From a virus (lineage: Duplodnaviria > Caudoviricetes), in the IMG/VR virus record IMGVR_UViG_3300018405_000021, positions 1-60,165 of that record: a DNA stretch of 60,165 bases; one strand, written 5' to 3'. Made by a program: the position numbers and the translations under genes. This document shows, in pieces, positions 34,640 through 43,891 of this stretch; position 1 is the stretch's first letter, and the number at the start of each line of letters is the position of its first letter. Below the pieces are notes generated by a model. The model had not been told where the DNA came from. It was given only the letters and a program-made list of their open reading frames with translations, and ran no database searches.

Positions 34640-35566
34640 ATGTCGTTCCAGACTTCTGTCAATGTCCAGCCCGCAAGCGCCGTCGCCGGCGACTTCGCGG
34701 ACACCAACCCCCGCGTGACGGTCAACGCCGGTCAGGGTGGCCTTGTATCCGGTTCTGCCGGTCTTTACGTGGGCCGCTTCGCGTGGATCACCACGCCCTA
34801 TGACAACAACTCGGCCCCTACCATCGCCAACAACCGTGGCTTTGGTGCCCCGACCGGTTTTGTCGCTCGGACCCAGCAGGCGCATATCACGACCTATCTT
34901 GCCGATAGCTCGATGATGATCGCCCCCGGCTTCCCGGTCACGCTGTTCTCGTCCGGTTCGTTCTGGGCCGTGAACTCCGGCTCCGGTATCGTCAAATGGG
35001 GTGATCCGGTCTACGTCAACTATGCGGATGGCCTCATCAGCAACGCCGCATCGTCCGGTTCCGTTACCGGCTCGATTGCCGCTGCCGCAACCACGTCGGT
35101 CACCGGTTCGATTGCTGACGGCATTCTGACGGTTACGGCTGTCGGCTCCGGCACTCTCGTTACGGGCGCTACGCTGTCCGGCACGAATGTCGCCACCGGC
35201 ACTACCATCATCAACCAGCTTTCCGGCACGGCTGGCGGCGTCGGCACCTACACCGTTTCCCCCGCCGAACAGACTGTGGCAAGCACGACGATCACCGCCG
35301 CTTACGGCGTTCTGACCGTTACTGCTGTCTCGTCTGGCACGCTGGGCGTCGGTCAGGTTCTGTCGGGTTCCGGCATCACCACCGGCACCTACATCACGCA
35401 GCTTGGCACCGGCACGGGCGGCACTGGCACCTATTACGTCAGTGTGTCGCAGACCGCATCGTCCACGACGGTCACCGCCGCCGCGAACTATCTCTCCAAG
35501 TATACGTTCCGCTCCGGCGCTCTGTCGGGTGAGATCGCCAAGATTTCCAGCCACTCGCTGGGCTAA
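34640..35566 (+). CDS. Head decoration/cement protein with two Thr/Gly-rich repeats
   Basis: FQTSVN...GDFADTNPR...VGRFAW; two LTVTAVxSGTL...GTY modules; lies between protease and capsid. Confidence 0.75.
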   Translation: MSFQTSVNVQPASAVAGDFADTNPRVTVNAGQGGLVSGSAGLYVGRFAWITTPYDNNSAPTIANNRGFGAPTGFVARTQQAHITTYLADSSMMIAPGFPVTLFSSGSFWAVNSGSGIVKWGDPVYVNYADGLISNAASSGSVTGSIAAAATTSVTGSIADGILTVTAVGSGTLVTGATLSGTNVATGTTIINQLSGTAGGVGTYTVSPAEQTVASTTITAAYGVLTVTAVSSGTLGVGQVLSGSGITTGTYITQLGTGTGGTGTYYVSVSQTASSTTVTAAANYLSKYTFRSGALSGEIAKISSHSLG

Positions 35567-35587
35567 ACCTGACAAGGAGCACCGCAA

Positions 35588-36676
35588 ATGAACCGTACCG
35601 AAGCCGTCGCCAACTGGCAGGCTGACGTCCAGCAGCTTTCCGCGCTGGGCGTCAATCTTCCCGACGTGCAGGCATATGCCGCCGACGAATGGAAGCAGGA
35701 CTACACTCTCGCGATGGACGCCCATCCGTCGATCAACACCACGTCCAACGCTGGCGTCCCGGCGTTCCTCACCACGCTGATCGACCCGCAGGTCTTCAAG
35801 GTTCTGTTCTCCCCGAACAAGGCCGCGCAGATCCTCGGTGAAGTCCGCAAGGGCACTTGGCTGGATGAAACCGCCATGTTCCCGACTGTCGAGCATACCG
35901 GTGAAGTTTCGTCCTACGGCGACTTCAACGAGAACGGTCGTACCGGCGCGAACACCAACTGGCCGCAGCGTCAGGCGTACTTGTTCCAGACCGTCAAGGA
36001 ATATGGCGACCGCGAACTTGAACGCGCCGGCCTCGCCCGCATTTCGTGGGTATCGGAACTCGATGTAGCCGCCGCTACCGTGATGAACAAGTTTTCGAAC
36101 CTGACCTACTTCTTCGGGGTGTCCGGTTTGCAGAACTACGGCCTGCTGAACGATCCGAACCTATCCGCCTCCCTGACCCCGGCCACGAAGGCCGCAGGTG
36201 GCGCGAAGTGGATCACCAACGGTGCGATCACGGCAACGGCGAACGAAATCTACGCCGACGTTGAGGCTCTGTTCTACCAGCTTGTTACTCAGACCGGTGG
36301 TCTCGTGGAACAGACTGACGAACTGGTTCTCGCCATGTCGCCGGGTTCGGCTGTCGCTCTGACCGCAACGAACAGCTTCAACGTGAACGTGACGGACCTT
36401 CTCAAGAAGAACTTCCCGAACCTCCGCGTGGAAACTGCCGTCCAGTATGGCGCTACGTCTGCCACCAACCCGCAGGGCGTTGCGGCTGGCAATCTTGTCC
36501 AGCTTATCGCCACGAAGATCGAGGGCCAGGAAACCGGCTACTGCTCGTTCAACGAAAAGATGCGCGCCTTCCCGGTGGTTCGCGCCATGTCGAGCTACAA
36601 ACAGAAGGTAGTTGGCGGGACTTGGGGGGCGATCATCCGCCAGCCATTCGCCATTTCGTCCATGGTCGGCGTCTGA
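35588..36676 (+). CDS. Major capsid protein (DUF2184-like)
   Basis: LAMDA...NAGVPAFLTTLIDP, GEVSSYGD, YGLLNDPNL, GGTWGAIIRQP. Confidence 0.88.
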   Translation: MNRTEAVANWQADVQQLSALGVNLPDVQAYAADEWKQDYTLAMDAHPSINTTSNAGVPAFLTTLIDPQVFKVLFSPNKAAQILGEVRKGTWLDETAMFPTVEHTGEVSSYGDFNENGRTGANTNWPQRQAYLFQTVKEYGDRELERAGLARISWVSELDVAAATVMNKFSNLTYFFGVSGLQNYGLLNDPNLSASLTPATKAAGGAKWITNGAITATANEIYADVEALFYQLVTQTGGLVEQTDELVLAMSPGSAVALTATNSFNVNVTDLLKKNFPNLRVETAVQYGATSATNPQGVAAGNLVQLIATKIEGQETGYCSFNEKMRAFPVVRAMSSYKQKVVGGTWGAIIRQPFAISSMVGV

Positions 36677-36684
36677 CCATCAAC

Positions 36685-36720
36685 GGGCGGGGCGTAAGTC
36701 CCGCCTATCCCTTTTCTTTC
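36685..36720 (+). terminator. Terminator-like hairpin after the capsid gene
   Basis: GGGCGGGGC-GTAA-GTCCCGCCT followed by a pyrimidine/T-rich tract. Confidence 0.5.
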
Positions 36721-36733
36721 CTTGGAGAATAAC

Positions 36734-37153
36734 ATGGCTGATACCGTTACCGTTGCTTGCAAACTGCCGAATGGCCTTATTCTTCGCGCCTTCGAAATGA
36801 AGGAACGCGATGAGCCGGTCATGGGCGGCGGCTACAAGACTGTGAAATATGCGTCCCAGCGCGGGGAGCCGATCACGATCAATGGCCCTGCTGTTCCGTT
36901 TGGCGCGCCTCCGAAGGTCACTACGGCAGGCGGGTATGCCCTCACATCGAACGTCGATGCGTCGTTCTGGGATGCGTGGCTTGAGCAGAACGCCGAGCTT
37001 GATGTGGTCAGGAACGGCCTCATTTTCGCTATGCCGCGTCAGGACAGCGCCGCGAAGGAAGCCGAGAACCGCACGAAGGTGAAGAGCGGCCTTGAAGCCC
37101 TCGACCCTGAAAAGCCGATGCGTGGCATCCAGAAGGCCGACAAGGCCGCGTAA
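36734..37153 (+). CDS. Virion-associated hypothetical protein
   Basis: VTVACKLPNGLIL...GGYALT...FWDAW...SGLEALDP. Confidence 0.75.
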   Translation: MADTVTVACKLPNGLILRAFEMKERDEPVMGGGYKTVKYASQRGEPITINGPAVPFGAPPKVTTAGGYALTSNVDASFWDAWLEQNAELDVVRNGLIFAMPRQDSAAKEAENRTKVKSGLEALDPEKPMRGIQKADKAA

Positions 37154-37163
37154 GGGGAACGTC

Positions 37164-37571
37164 ATGGCCGCAACCTATGCAACGATGATCGCGGCTTTCC
37201 CGGAGTTTTCGAACACGACGAATTATCCGCAAGTAACAATCGAGTTCTGGTTGTCGCAAGGGTACATCCAAGTCAGTGAGCGGCTTTTCCGGGATAGCTA
37301 TGACATGGCCGTCATGCTGTGGACCGCGCATCACGTCGCGATGGGGGCGGCCAATGCCCGCGCTGCTGCCCGTGGCGGCATACCCGGATCGGCAAGCGGC
37401 GTCCAGACTTCAAAGTCTGTCGATGGCGTTTCCGTGGGGTACAGCACGATTACCAGCCTCAACAATGCCGGGGCATGGAACGCCACGAGCTACGGTCAAC
37501 GCTTCCTGACGATGGCCCGTTCTTTCGCAACAATGCAATACGTCCCCGGCGTCCGCCGACAGTTCCTCTAG
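37164..37571 (+). CDS. Head-tail adaptor (DUF4054-like)
   Basis: FPEF...LWTAH...SKSVDGVSVGY...WNATSYGQRF. Confidence 0.85.
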   Translation: MAATYATMIAAFPEFSNTTNYPQVTIEFWLSQGYIQVSERLFRDSYDMAVMLWTAHHVAMGAANARAAARGGIPGSASGVQTSKSVDGVSVGYSTITSLNNAGAWNATSYGQRFLTMARSFATMQYVPGVRRQFL

Positions 37572-37581
37572 GAGATAGATC

Positions 37582-37895
37582 ATGGCCCTTGCTGGCGCTC
37601 ATTTCGAATTCGGCTACCAGAAAAAGGTCATGGCGAATTCTTCCCCGGTTCTCGGCCCTCTTCCGTCTTCTGAGACGCTGGCCACAGCCGGGACGACAAC
37701 CGCATCCGCCCCCCTACCGATCTTCAAGGCGATCCCGTGGTGAACATCATCGTGGAAGCGGATGCATGGGTTTCGTTCGGCAACCCGCCGCCTGACCCGT
37801 CTATCGCCACGTCCGCGCGCCGGTTCATTTTCGGCGTCACCCCCACGCCTTGCCTTATTCCTCCGGGCGAGCATGTATGGTGGGTTATTGCCTAA
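37582..37895 (+). pseudogene. Small virion-region gene frameshifted at a C6 tract (37709..37714)
   Basis: AGGAG RBS; frame 0 stops at 37743; the -1 frame runs to TAA 37895, overlapping the next ATG. Confidence 0.6.
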
Positions 37896-38410
37896 TGGCT
37901 ATCAAAGTCGGAGTGACGGTCACGCGGGACGCAACGGCTGACATTCTCCGGGCCGTCAAGGCGCTGGTGAAGCGTGAAGCGCTTGTCGGTATCCCCGCCG
38001 ACAACGCCAGCCGCGAACCGGATGAGGATGAGAAAGTCCCGCTTAACAACGCGGAAATCGGCTATCTCATGGAAAACGGTGTGCCGGAGAAGAATATCCC
38101 GGCGCGTCCGTTCCTCAACCCAGGCATCGCCAACGCGAAAGACAAGATCGTCCAAGTGATGGAGGCGGGAGCGAAAAAGGCTCTGTCTGGCGACAGTGAA
38201 GCCGCAGACCGCACGCTAAACACGGTCGGGATTATCGGCATGAACGCGGTTCAGGCCAAGATTACCGATGGACCGTTTGAGCCGCTTAGTGAAGTGACGC
38301 TTGCCAAACGTCGCGCCAAGGGGCGCACGGGTGAGAAGCCTTTGCTGGATACGGGCGCGCTTAGGCGCAGCATTTCCTATGCCGTCAGGCCGAAAGGTGA
38401 GAAGTCCTAG
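37895..38410 (+). CDS. Neck/virion morphogenesis protein
   Basis: VGIP...ENG...IPARPFL...KPLLDTGALRRSISY. Confidence 0.8.
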   Translation: MAIKVGVTVTRDATADILRAVKALVKREALVGIPADNASREPDEDEKVPLNNAEIGYLMENGVPEKNIPARPFLNPGIANAKDKIVQVMEAGAKKALSGDSEAADRTLNTVGIIGMNAVQAKITDGPFEPLSEVTLAKRRAKGRTGEKPLLDTGALRRSISYAVRPKGEKS

Positions 38411-38412
38411 CC

Positions 38413-38790
38413 ATGGCCGAACTTGATGTTACCGAACTGCTTTATGATCCCGATTTTAGCGACACGTTTACGGTCCAGCGGGACACCGAAACAGTCGGTA
38501 GCAATGGCCGCGCCACGGTTGCCACGCAAACGTTTTCTGATTTGATCGGCGTCCTGACGGCTGGGCAAGGGTCTATTCTGAAACAGTTCCCCGAATTGAC
38601 GCGCGTGGAAGGGGCCATCCTCATCCACTGCATGTTCGAACTGAGGCCGGAGACTGACGCCACAAAGGCGGATCGCATCCTGTGGCGCGGCAACACGTAC
38701 CGCGTGACGATGGTCAACAATTGGATGAACTTCGGGGGCGGGTTCGTTTCTGCCGTCGCAACGCTCATTGAGCTTGTCGAGGATGCATAA
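38413..38790 (+). CDS. Head closure/adaptor protein
   Basis: LDVTELLYDPDF...ADRILWRGNTYRV; synteny. Confidence 0.7.
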   Translation: MAELDVTELLYDPDFSDTFTVQRDTETVGSNGRATVATQTFSDLIGVLTAGQGSILKQFPELTRVEGAILIHCMFELRPETDATKADRILWRGNTYRVTMVNNWMNFGGGFVSAVATLIELVEDA

Positions 38791-39386
38791 TGGCAAACGA
38801 TAGCTCAACGGGTGGATACCTTGTTCCATCATCGCCAGCGCCGATAGAAGACGCCGCCCTTGAAGATGTCATTCAAGGCATTGTTGTCGGCATTACCGGA
38901 CTGCCAGGAACAATGGTGCGCCCACGGTGGCAACCGACACCACCGAAGCAGCCGCCACCGGCCACGAATTGGTGCGCCATCGGGATAACCCGGACATATG
39001 GCGAGACATACGCCTATATCAGCCATAGCGGGGCAGGGAATGGCTCCGACACATTGCAGCGCCACTACAGCCTAGATTTGCTCGCGTCGTTCTACGGCCC
39101 GTCTGGGCAGCTTTACGCGGGTCTATTCCGTGATGGCCTGTTGATCGAACAAAACCGCGAAGTGATGGCCGCTAACGGCATGGCGCTTTATGAGGCGCGC
39201 GAGATTATCGCCGCTCCCGAACTGACGAACACACAATGGATTAGGCGCTTCGATGTGCCGTTCACACTGAGGCGGCAGGTCAACCGCACATATCCGGTCC
39301 TCAACCTGCTTTCGGCAGAAGGGACAATCCACGCTGAAACCGAAACGCACGTCAACGAAAACGACTGGATCGTGCAGGAGAACTAA
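38790..39386 (+). CDS. Tail terminator/neck protein
   Basis: STGGYL...GITGLPGTMVRPRWQ...SFYGP; precedes the sheath gene. Confidence 0.7.
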   Translation: MANDSSTGGYLVPSSPAPIEDAALEDVIQGIVVGITGLPGTMVRPRWQPTPPKQPPPATNWCAIGITRTYGETYAYISHSGAGNGSDTLQRHYSLDLLASFYGPSGQLYAGLFRDGLLIEQNREVMAANGMALYEAREIIAAPELTNTQWIRRFDVPFTLRRQVNRTYPVLNLLSAEGTIHAETETHVNENDWIVQEN

Positions 39387-39389
39387 CCA

Positions 39390-40874
39390 ATGGCAACTGG
39401 TCTTAACGTCAACAATGTCGTGCGGGTTTCGATCAATCTCAGCCCGACCGCAGCCGCCACCCGTGACTTCGGCGCGCTTCTCATCATCGGCCCAACGGAC
39501 GTTATTGATGTGTCTCAGCGCATCCGGTCTTATTCCGATCTGGACGGCGTGGCGGCTGATTTCGGAACCACCGTCCCGGAATACTACGCGGCAAGCCTGT
39601 TCTTTTCGCAGTCGCCGCAGCCCGCAATCCTCTACATCGGTCGATGGGCGCAAACCGCTACCAAGGCAGTGCTTAACGGTGGCGTTCTGACCGCTGCCGA
39701 ACAGCTTATGCCCGCGTGGACCACGATCACGGCAGGCTCTTTCAAGATCACGGTTGATGGCACGGTCAAGACGCTGACGGCCCTCGATTTCAGCGCCCAG
39801 ACGAACCTCAATGGCGTTGCATCGGTCATCACTACGGCACTCGCCACGGCAACTTGCGTCTGGGATGCGACCAGCAACAAGTTCACGATCCGAAGCAACT
39901 CGACCGGCGCGACTTCGACGCTTAGCTACGCCACTCCGCACACGACGGGAACGGATATTTCGGGGCTTCTCAAGCTGACAGAAGCTACCGCGTCCGCTCC
40001 CGTCGCCGGTATCGCGGCTGAGACGCTTGCCAGCGCCATGGCGACGTTCGCGAATATCTCGTCTGACTGGTACGGCATCACCGTTGCCAGCGCCACGACG
40101 CCAGCCGATAACGAGATTATCGATGCCGCCGCGTTCATTGAGGGCGCGTCAGTCTCGCATATCTTCGGGATCACGCTGACCAGCACCACCGCCCTTGACG
40201 GCACGATCACGAATGACTTGCCGAGCCTGCTTAAAGCCGCTGGCTACAAGCGCACCACGACGCAATATTCATCGTCTTCGCGTTACGCCGTGGCCTCCAT
40301 GATCGGTCGAGCATTCACCGTCGATTTCACGGCGAACAACACCACGATCACGCTCAAGTTCAAGCAGGAACCGGGCGTCACCGCCGAAACGCTCACGCAG
40401 ACGCAGGCGAACGCGCTGGACGGCAAGAACGTCAACTATTTCGTCAACTATGCCAACGACACCGCGATCATCCAGCAGGGGGTCATGGCGAACGGGTACT
40501 TCTTTGACGAAGTGCACGGGACGGACTGGCTGCAAAACTACATCCAGACGGGGGTCTATAACCTCCTCTACCAGTCCACGACGAAAATCCCGCAGACCGA
40601 CGCGGGTGTGAACCAAATTGTGAACGCTATCGACGCTTGCCTGTCTCAAGCTGTGAACAATGGATTGGTGGCCCCCGGCGTATGGAACGCTGGCGGGTTT
40701 GGCGAACTGTCTCAGGGCGACACGCTGGAAACCGGCTACTACATCTATGCGCCGAAGGTCGCCACGCAGAGCCAGAGTGATCGTGAGGCCCGCAAGTCGC
40801 CCACGATCCAGGTTGCAGTCAAGCTCAGTGGAGCCGTCCACAGCGTTGACGTACAACTAGATGTCAACAGGTAG
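39390..40874 (+). CDS. Tail sheath protein (DUF3383-like)
   Basis: VAADFGTTVPEYYAASLFFSQSPQP, TLKFKQEPGV, DEVHGTDWLQ, KIPQTDAG, GAVHSVDV. Confidence 0.9.
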   Translation: MATGLNVNNVVRVSINLSPTAAATRDFGALLIIGPTDVIDVSQRIRSYSDLDGVAADFGTTVPEYYAASLFFSQSPQPAILYIGRWAQTATKAVLNGGVLTAAEQLMPAWTTITAGSFKITVDGTVKTLTALDFSAQTNLNGVASVITTALATATCVWDATSNKFTIRSNSTGATSTLSYATPHTTGTDISGLLKLTEATASAPVAGIAAETLASAMATFANISSDWYGITVASATTPADNEIIDAAAFIEGASVSHIFGITLTSTTALDGTITNDLPSLLKAAGYKRTTTQYSSSSRYAVASMIGRAFTVDFTANNTTITLKFKQEPGVTAETLTQTQANALDGKNVNYFVNYANDTAIIQQGVMANGYFFDEVHGTDWLQNYIQTGVYNLLYQSTTKIPQTDAGVNQIVNAIDACLSQAVNNGLVAPGVWNAGGFGELSQGDTLETGYYIYAPKVATQSQSDREARKSPTIQVAVKLSGAVHSVDVQLDVNR

Positions 40875-40948
40875 TCGGCGGCGCTCAAGCATACGTCAAC
40901 GCAACACTCCGGTATCACGGCGACTTCGCCTACGCCGCCAGCCGATAG
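40874..40948 (+). pseudogene. Relic C-terminus of an AP2 domain (lost HNH-AP2 endonuclease)
   Basis: Start-less frame reads AQAYVNATLRYHGDFAYAASR*, matching the AxAYxxAxxxxHGxFA end of AP2 domains. Confidence 0.55.
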
Positions 40949-40957
40949 GAGGCTACC

Positions 40958-41398
40958 ATTAGCACGTACTCTTTTCTCGACGTAACCGCTGCGATCAGCG
41001 GCCCCGGTGGGTCGATCAACATCGGCAATAGCGCCGGTCCTTCCGACGAAGGTATCACGGTGTCGATGATCGACAACAAGAACACCATGACCATCGGCGC
41101 GGACGGCTCCGGCATGCACAGCCTTCATGCCGGTAATGCGGGCACGATTACGATCCGCCTTCTGAAAACGTCCCCGACGAATAAGAAGCTCCAGCAGATG
41201 TATTCGTATCAGGTGACGAGTTCCGCCAACCATGGGCGGAATACGATCACGATCCGCGACGTTGCTCGTGGGGATTTCGTAACAGCGACCGGCGCTGCTT
41301 TCCGCAAAATGCCCGACAATGCGTGGGGCAAGGAAGGCAACATGATCGAATGGTCATGGGATTGCATCAAGGTCGCCCAGAAGCTGGGGGCTAACTGA
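40958..41398 (+). CDS. Tail tube protein (DUF3277-like), apparent ATT start
   Basis: AGGAGG-5 nt-ATT AGC ACG TAC TCT TTT CTC GAC (MSTYSFLDV); in-frame TAG at 40946; MTIGADG...LLKTSPTN. Confidence 0.8.
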   Translation: MSTYSFLDVTAAISGPGGSINIGNSAGPSDEGITVSMIDNKNTMTIGADGSGMHSLHAGNAGTITIRLLKTSPTNKKLQQMYSYQVTSSANHGRNTITIRDVARGDFVTATGAAFRKMPDNAWGKEGNMIEWSWDCIKVAQKLGAN

Positions 41399-41799
41399 TG
41401 GCAGAGTTTGAGGTAGGCGGCCATACCTACCGCACCGGAAAACTGAGCGCCATGAAGCAAATTCATGTCGCCCGGAAGATCGCGCCATTGTTCGCCGCCG
41501 TCCCCGGCATTCTGTCCCGCCTCAATGAAGGCGTGGCGGCTCTAAAGCCCGTCCTTGAGGAAATGGCTGGCATGTCTTCCGACGATTTGGATTTCGTCGT
41601 TAAGGAATGCATGTTGACCGCATACCGCAAGGACGGAAGTGACTGGCAGCGCGTGTGGGTCGAAGGGTCTGATAGTCCGATGTATGAAGACATCGACGGG
41701 CCGCAAATCCTGCAAATCGTCCAGCGCGTGGTCATGGAAAACCTCGGCCCTTTTATGCGCGCCGTCCCGCAAAGTTCGAACGATATTCCGGGGCTGTAA
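41398..41799 (+). CDS. Tail assembly chaperone (G-like)
   Basis: Between tube and tape measure; KLSAMKQIHVARKIAP. Confidence 0.8.
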   Translation: MAEFEVGGHTYRTGKLSAMKQIHVARKIAPLFAAVPGILSRLNEGVAALKPVLEEMAGMSSDDLDFVVKECMLTAYRKDGSDWQRVWVEGSDSPMYEDIDGPQILQIVQRVVMENLGPFMRAVPQSSNDIPGL

Positions 41800-41990
41800 A
41801 TTATCAGCCCGTAAGTCTGCCGGACGGCATGGATTGGCTTATGCGTCCCGTGCTTCGCGGGATGTGCAAATACGAGAGCCTGATAGACGGCACTGTTGAT
41901 CTTTGCGACGTGGCGTTGATGAACGAAGCGTTGGACGTGGCCGATACGAACGCAGCCCGTGCCCATGAGGCCATGACGAGGAAAGACTGA
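41748..41990 (+). CDS. -1 frameshift extension of the tail assembly chaperone (GT-like)
   Basis: Slippery C CCT TTT at 41748..41754; -1 frame open to TGA 41990 (DWLMRPV...YESLIDGTVDLCDVALMNEALD). Confidence 0.75.
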   Translation, partial: PFYARRPAKFERYSGAVNYQPVSLPDGMDWLMRPVLRGMCKYESLIDGTVDLCDVALMNEALDVADTNAARAHEAMTRKD

Positions 41991-43891
41991 TGGCCGAGAC
42001 GATTAAGGAACTACTCGTCAGCATCGGGTTCGGAGTTGACGACCGATCTGAAAAGAAGTTCGAAAACTCCATTCGTCGGGCCACGCTGCAAGCGGAACTC
42101 CTGTCTAAAGCGCTCATAGAGACGGCTAAGAACGTCGCACAGGCGCTTGAGAGTGTCGCGAAGAACTTCGACGCCCTTTACTGGACTTCGCAGCGCACGG
42201 GCGCTTCGGTCCAGAATATACGCGCTCTGTCTTATGCTGTGTCGCAGTTGGGCGGCACGTATCAGGGCGCGATGGCGTCGATTGAAGCTTTCGGGCAGAA
42301 GCTTCGATCCAACCCCGGCTATGAAAGCATGGTTCGCGGGTTGGGCGTCCAGACCCGTGATGCACGCGGCCAGCTTCGCGACCAGATCACGGTCATGGAG
42401 GAGCTTGGCGGGCGTCTCAAAAAGATGCCGTACTACATCGCAAACCAGTACGCCGGGGCGCTGGGGATCGATGAGAACACGCTTCGGGCGCTGCAAAGCG
42501 GCGACATTCAGAAGTATCTCAAGCAGTACGAGGAAATCCAAAAGGCGGCGGGGCTAGACCCGGACAAGGCCGCACGGGCATCGCAGCAGTTCCAGACGCA
42601 AATCCGGGCGCTGCAACAGACCATTGAAGCCGTGGCGGCGAAAGCCCTCACGGACTACATGCCGAAAATTTCGGAATGGCTGGAAAAGTTCCAGAAATGG
42701 GTTGTCGACCACGGGCCGGAAATCACAGCGGCATTCGAGAAAATCGCCACGACGGTCGCGCAAGTCGCAACGGACATGGTGGAACTCGCGAAGCAGTTGG
42801 AGCCGGTATGGGATGGCTTTGTAAAGATCGCGGAGGCCATCACCGGGCGTGAAGGGCTTGTTGCCGCGATTGAAGTCCTAGTAGGGGCTGCGGTTCTCGG
42901 AAAATTGGTTTCGATGCTTTCCGTCTTGGTTGGCGCTGGTGGCAACATGGGTGGGCTTATGGGCCGTTTCCTTGGCTTCCTAGCGCCGGTCGCCCTCGCC
43001 ATGGGGATTGCTGGGTATGGCAGTTCTCAGATATTGAGCGATCCTGAAAAGGCGGCGGCAGCTACGCCGGAAGCCAATAAGGCCAGAATTGCAGAGCGCC
43101 GAGGAGCTATCGGCAAGCTGTGGGATAGAGCAAAATCCGCATTGGGTTTCACCGGCACGTCTGACACGACGATGACGCCTGAAAAGCGTGCATTGCTTGA
43201 TACCATCGCCGGACCTGAAAGCGGCGGTCGTTATGACATCCGTTACGGCGGCGGGCGGATCACTGACTTCTCTGATCACCCGCGCATCTATACCCCGATC
43301 ATGAATGGCCCTGATGTTGGGAAAAGATCGTCCGCCGCTGGCCGGTATCAGTTCATCGGCAGCACGTGGGACGATCAAGCACGGAAGCTCGGCCTCAAGG
43401 ACTTTTCTCCTGAAAGCCAGGATAAGGCCGCGTGGAACTTGGCGTGGGAAACGTACAAGAGGAACACGGGGCGTGATCTTGAGGAAGACTTGAAGGGCGG
43501 CGATCCTGCCAGAATGGCTTCTATCGCGCGCGCTCTCAGCGGGCAATGGGCAAGCCTGCCGGGAGGCCGTCAACCCGGCACCACGTCGAACAAGTTCACG
43601 CGAGACTATCTCGGCAATTTGGCGCGCAATGCCGCATCTATGGTCAAACCGCGTCAATCAACCCCGGCGACACCATACAAGGGTAACTTTTCTGTCGCGC
43701 ACCCATCGTTCTTGAGTGCTGGTGCGCCTCTGATGGCCACAAGCAGCGGCAGTTCGGTAAGCATGTCCCAAAACACCAATATCAACGTGGTCGGGTCTAC
43801 CAACCCCGTCGACACCGCGAATGCCATCGAGAAAAAACAGGACGGCGTGAATTCGCGCATGTTCAGAAACACGCAAGGGGCGTTCAGGTAA
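41990..43891 (+). CDS. Tape measure protein with a lambda-R-like lysozyme/transglycosylase domain
   Basis: IKELLVSIGF start; RALLDTIAGPES...Y...SSAAGRYQF...TW...DFSPESQDKAA. Confidence 0.85.
   Translation: MAETIKELLVSIGFGVDDRSEKKFENSIRRATLQAELLSKALIETAKNVAQALESVAKNFDALYWTSQRTGASVQNIRALSYAVSQLGGTYQGAMASIEAFGQKLRSNPGYESMVRGLGVQTRDARGQLRDQITVMEELGGRLKKMPYYIANQYAGALGIDENTLRALQSGDIQKYLKQYEEIQKAAGLDPDKAARASQQFQTQIRALQQTIEAVAAKALTDYMPKISEWLEKFQKWVVDHGPEITAAFEKIATTVAQVATDMVELAKQLEPVWDGFVKIAEAITGREGLVAAIEVLVGAAVLGKLVSMLSVLVGAGGNMGGLMGRFLGFLAPVALAMGIAGYGSSQILSDPEKAAAATPEANKARIAERRGAIGKLWDRAKSALGFTGTSDTTMTPEKRALLDTIAGPESGGRYDIRYGGGRITDFSDHPRIYTPIMNGPDVGKRSSAAGRYQFIGSTWDDQARKLGLKDFSPESQDKAAWNLAWETYKRNTGRDLEEDLKGGDPARMASIARALSGQWASLPGGRQPGTTSNKFTRDYLGNLARNAASMVKPRQSTPATPYKGNFSVAHPSFLSAGAPLMATSSGSSVSMSQNTNINVVGSTNPVDTANAIEKKQDGVNSRMFRNTQGAFR

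Noticed and set aside
35575-35590. AAGGAGCACCGCA shared by the capsid and GX-gene RBS regions
   Set aside because: Half of the 13-nt match is the Shine-Dalgarno sequence; two copies are not enough to call a regulatory motif.
33524-35896. 790-codon minus-strand ORF
   Set aside because: Antisense shadow of strongly codon-biased head genes; no motifs or RBS. The same applies to the many other antisense ORFs in the track.
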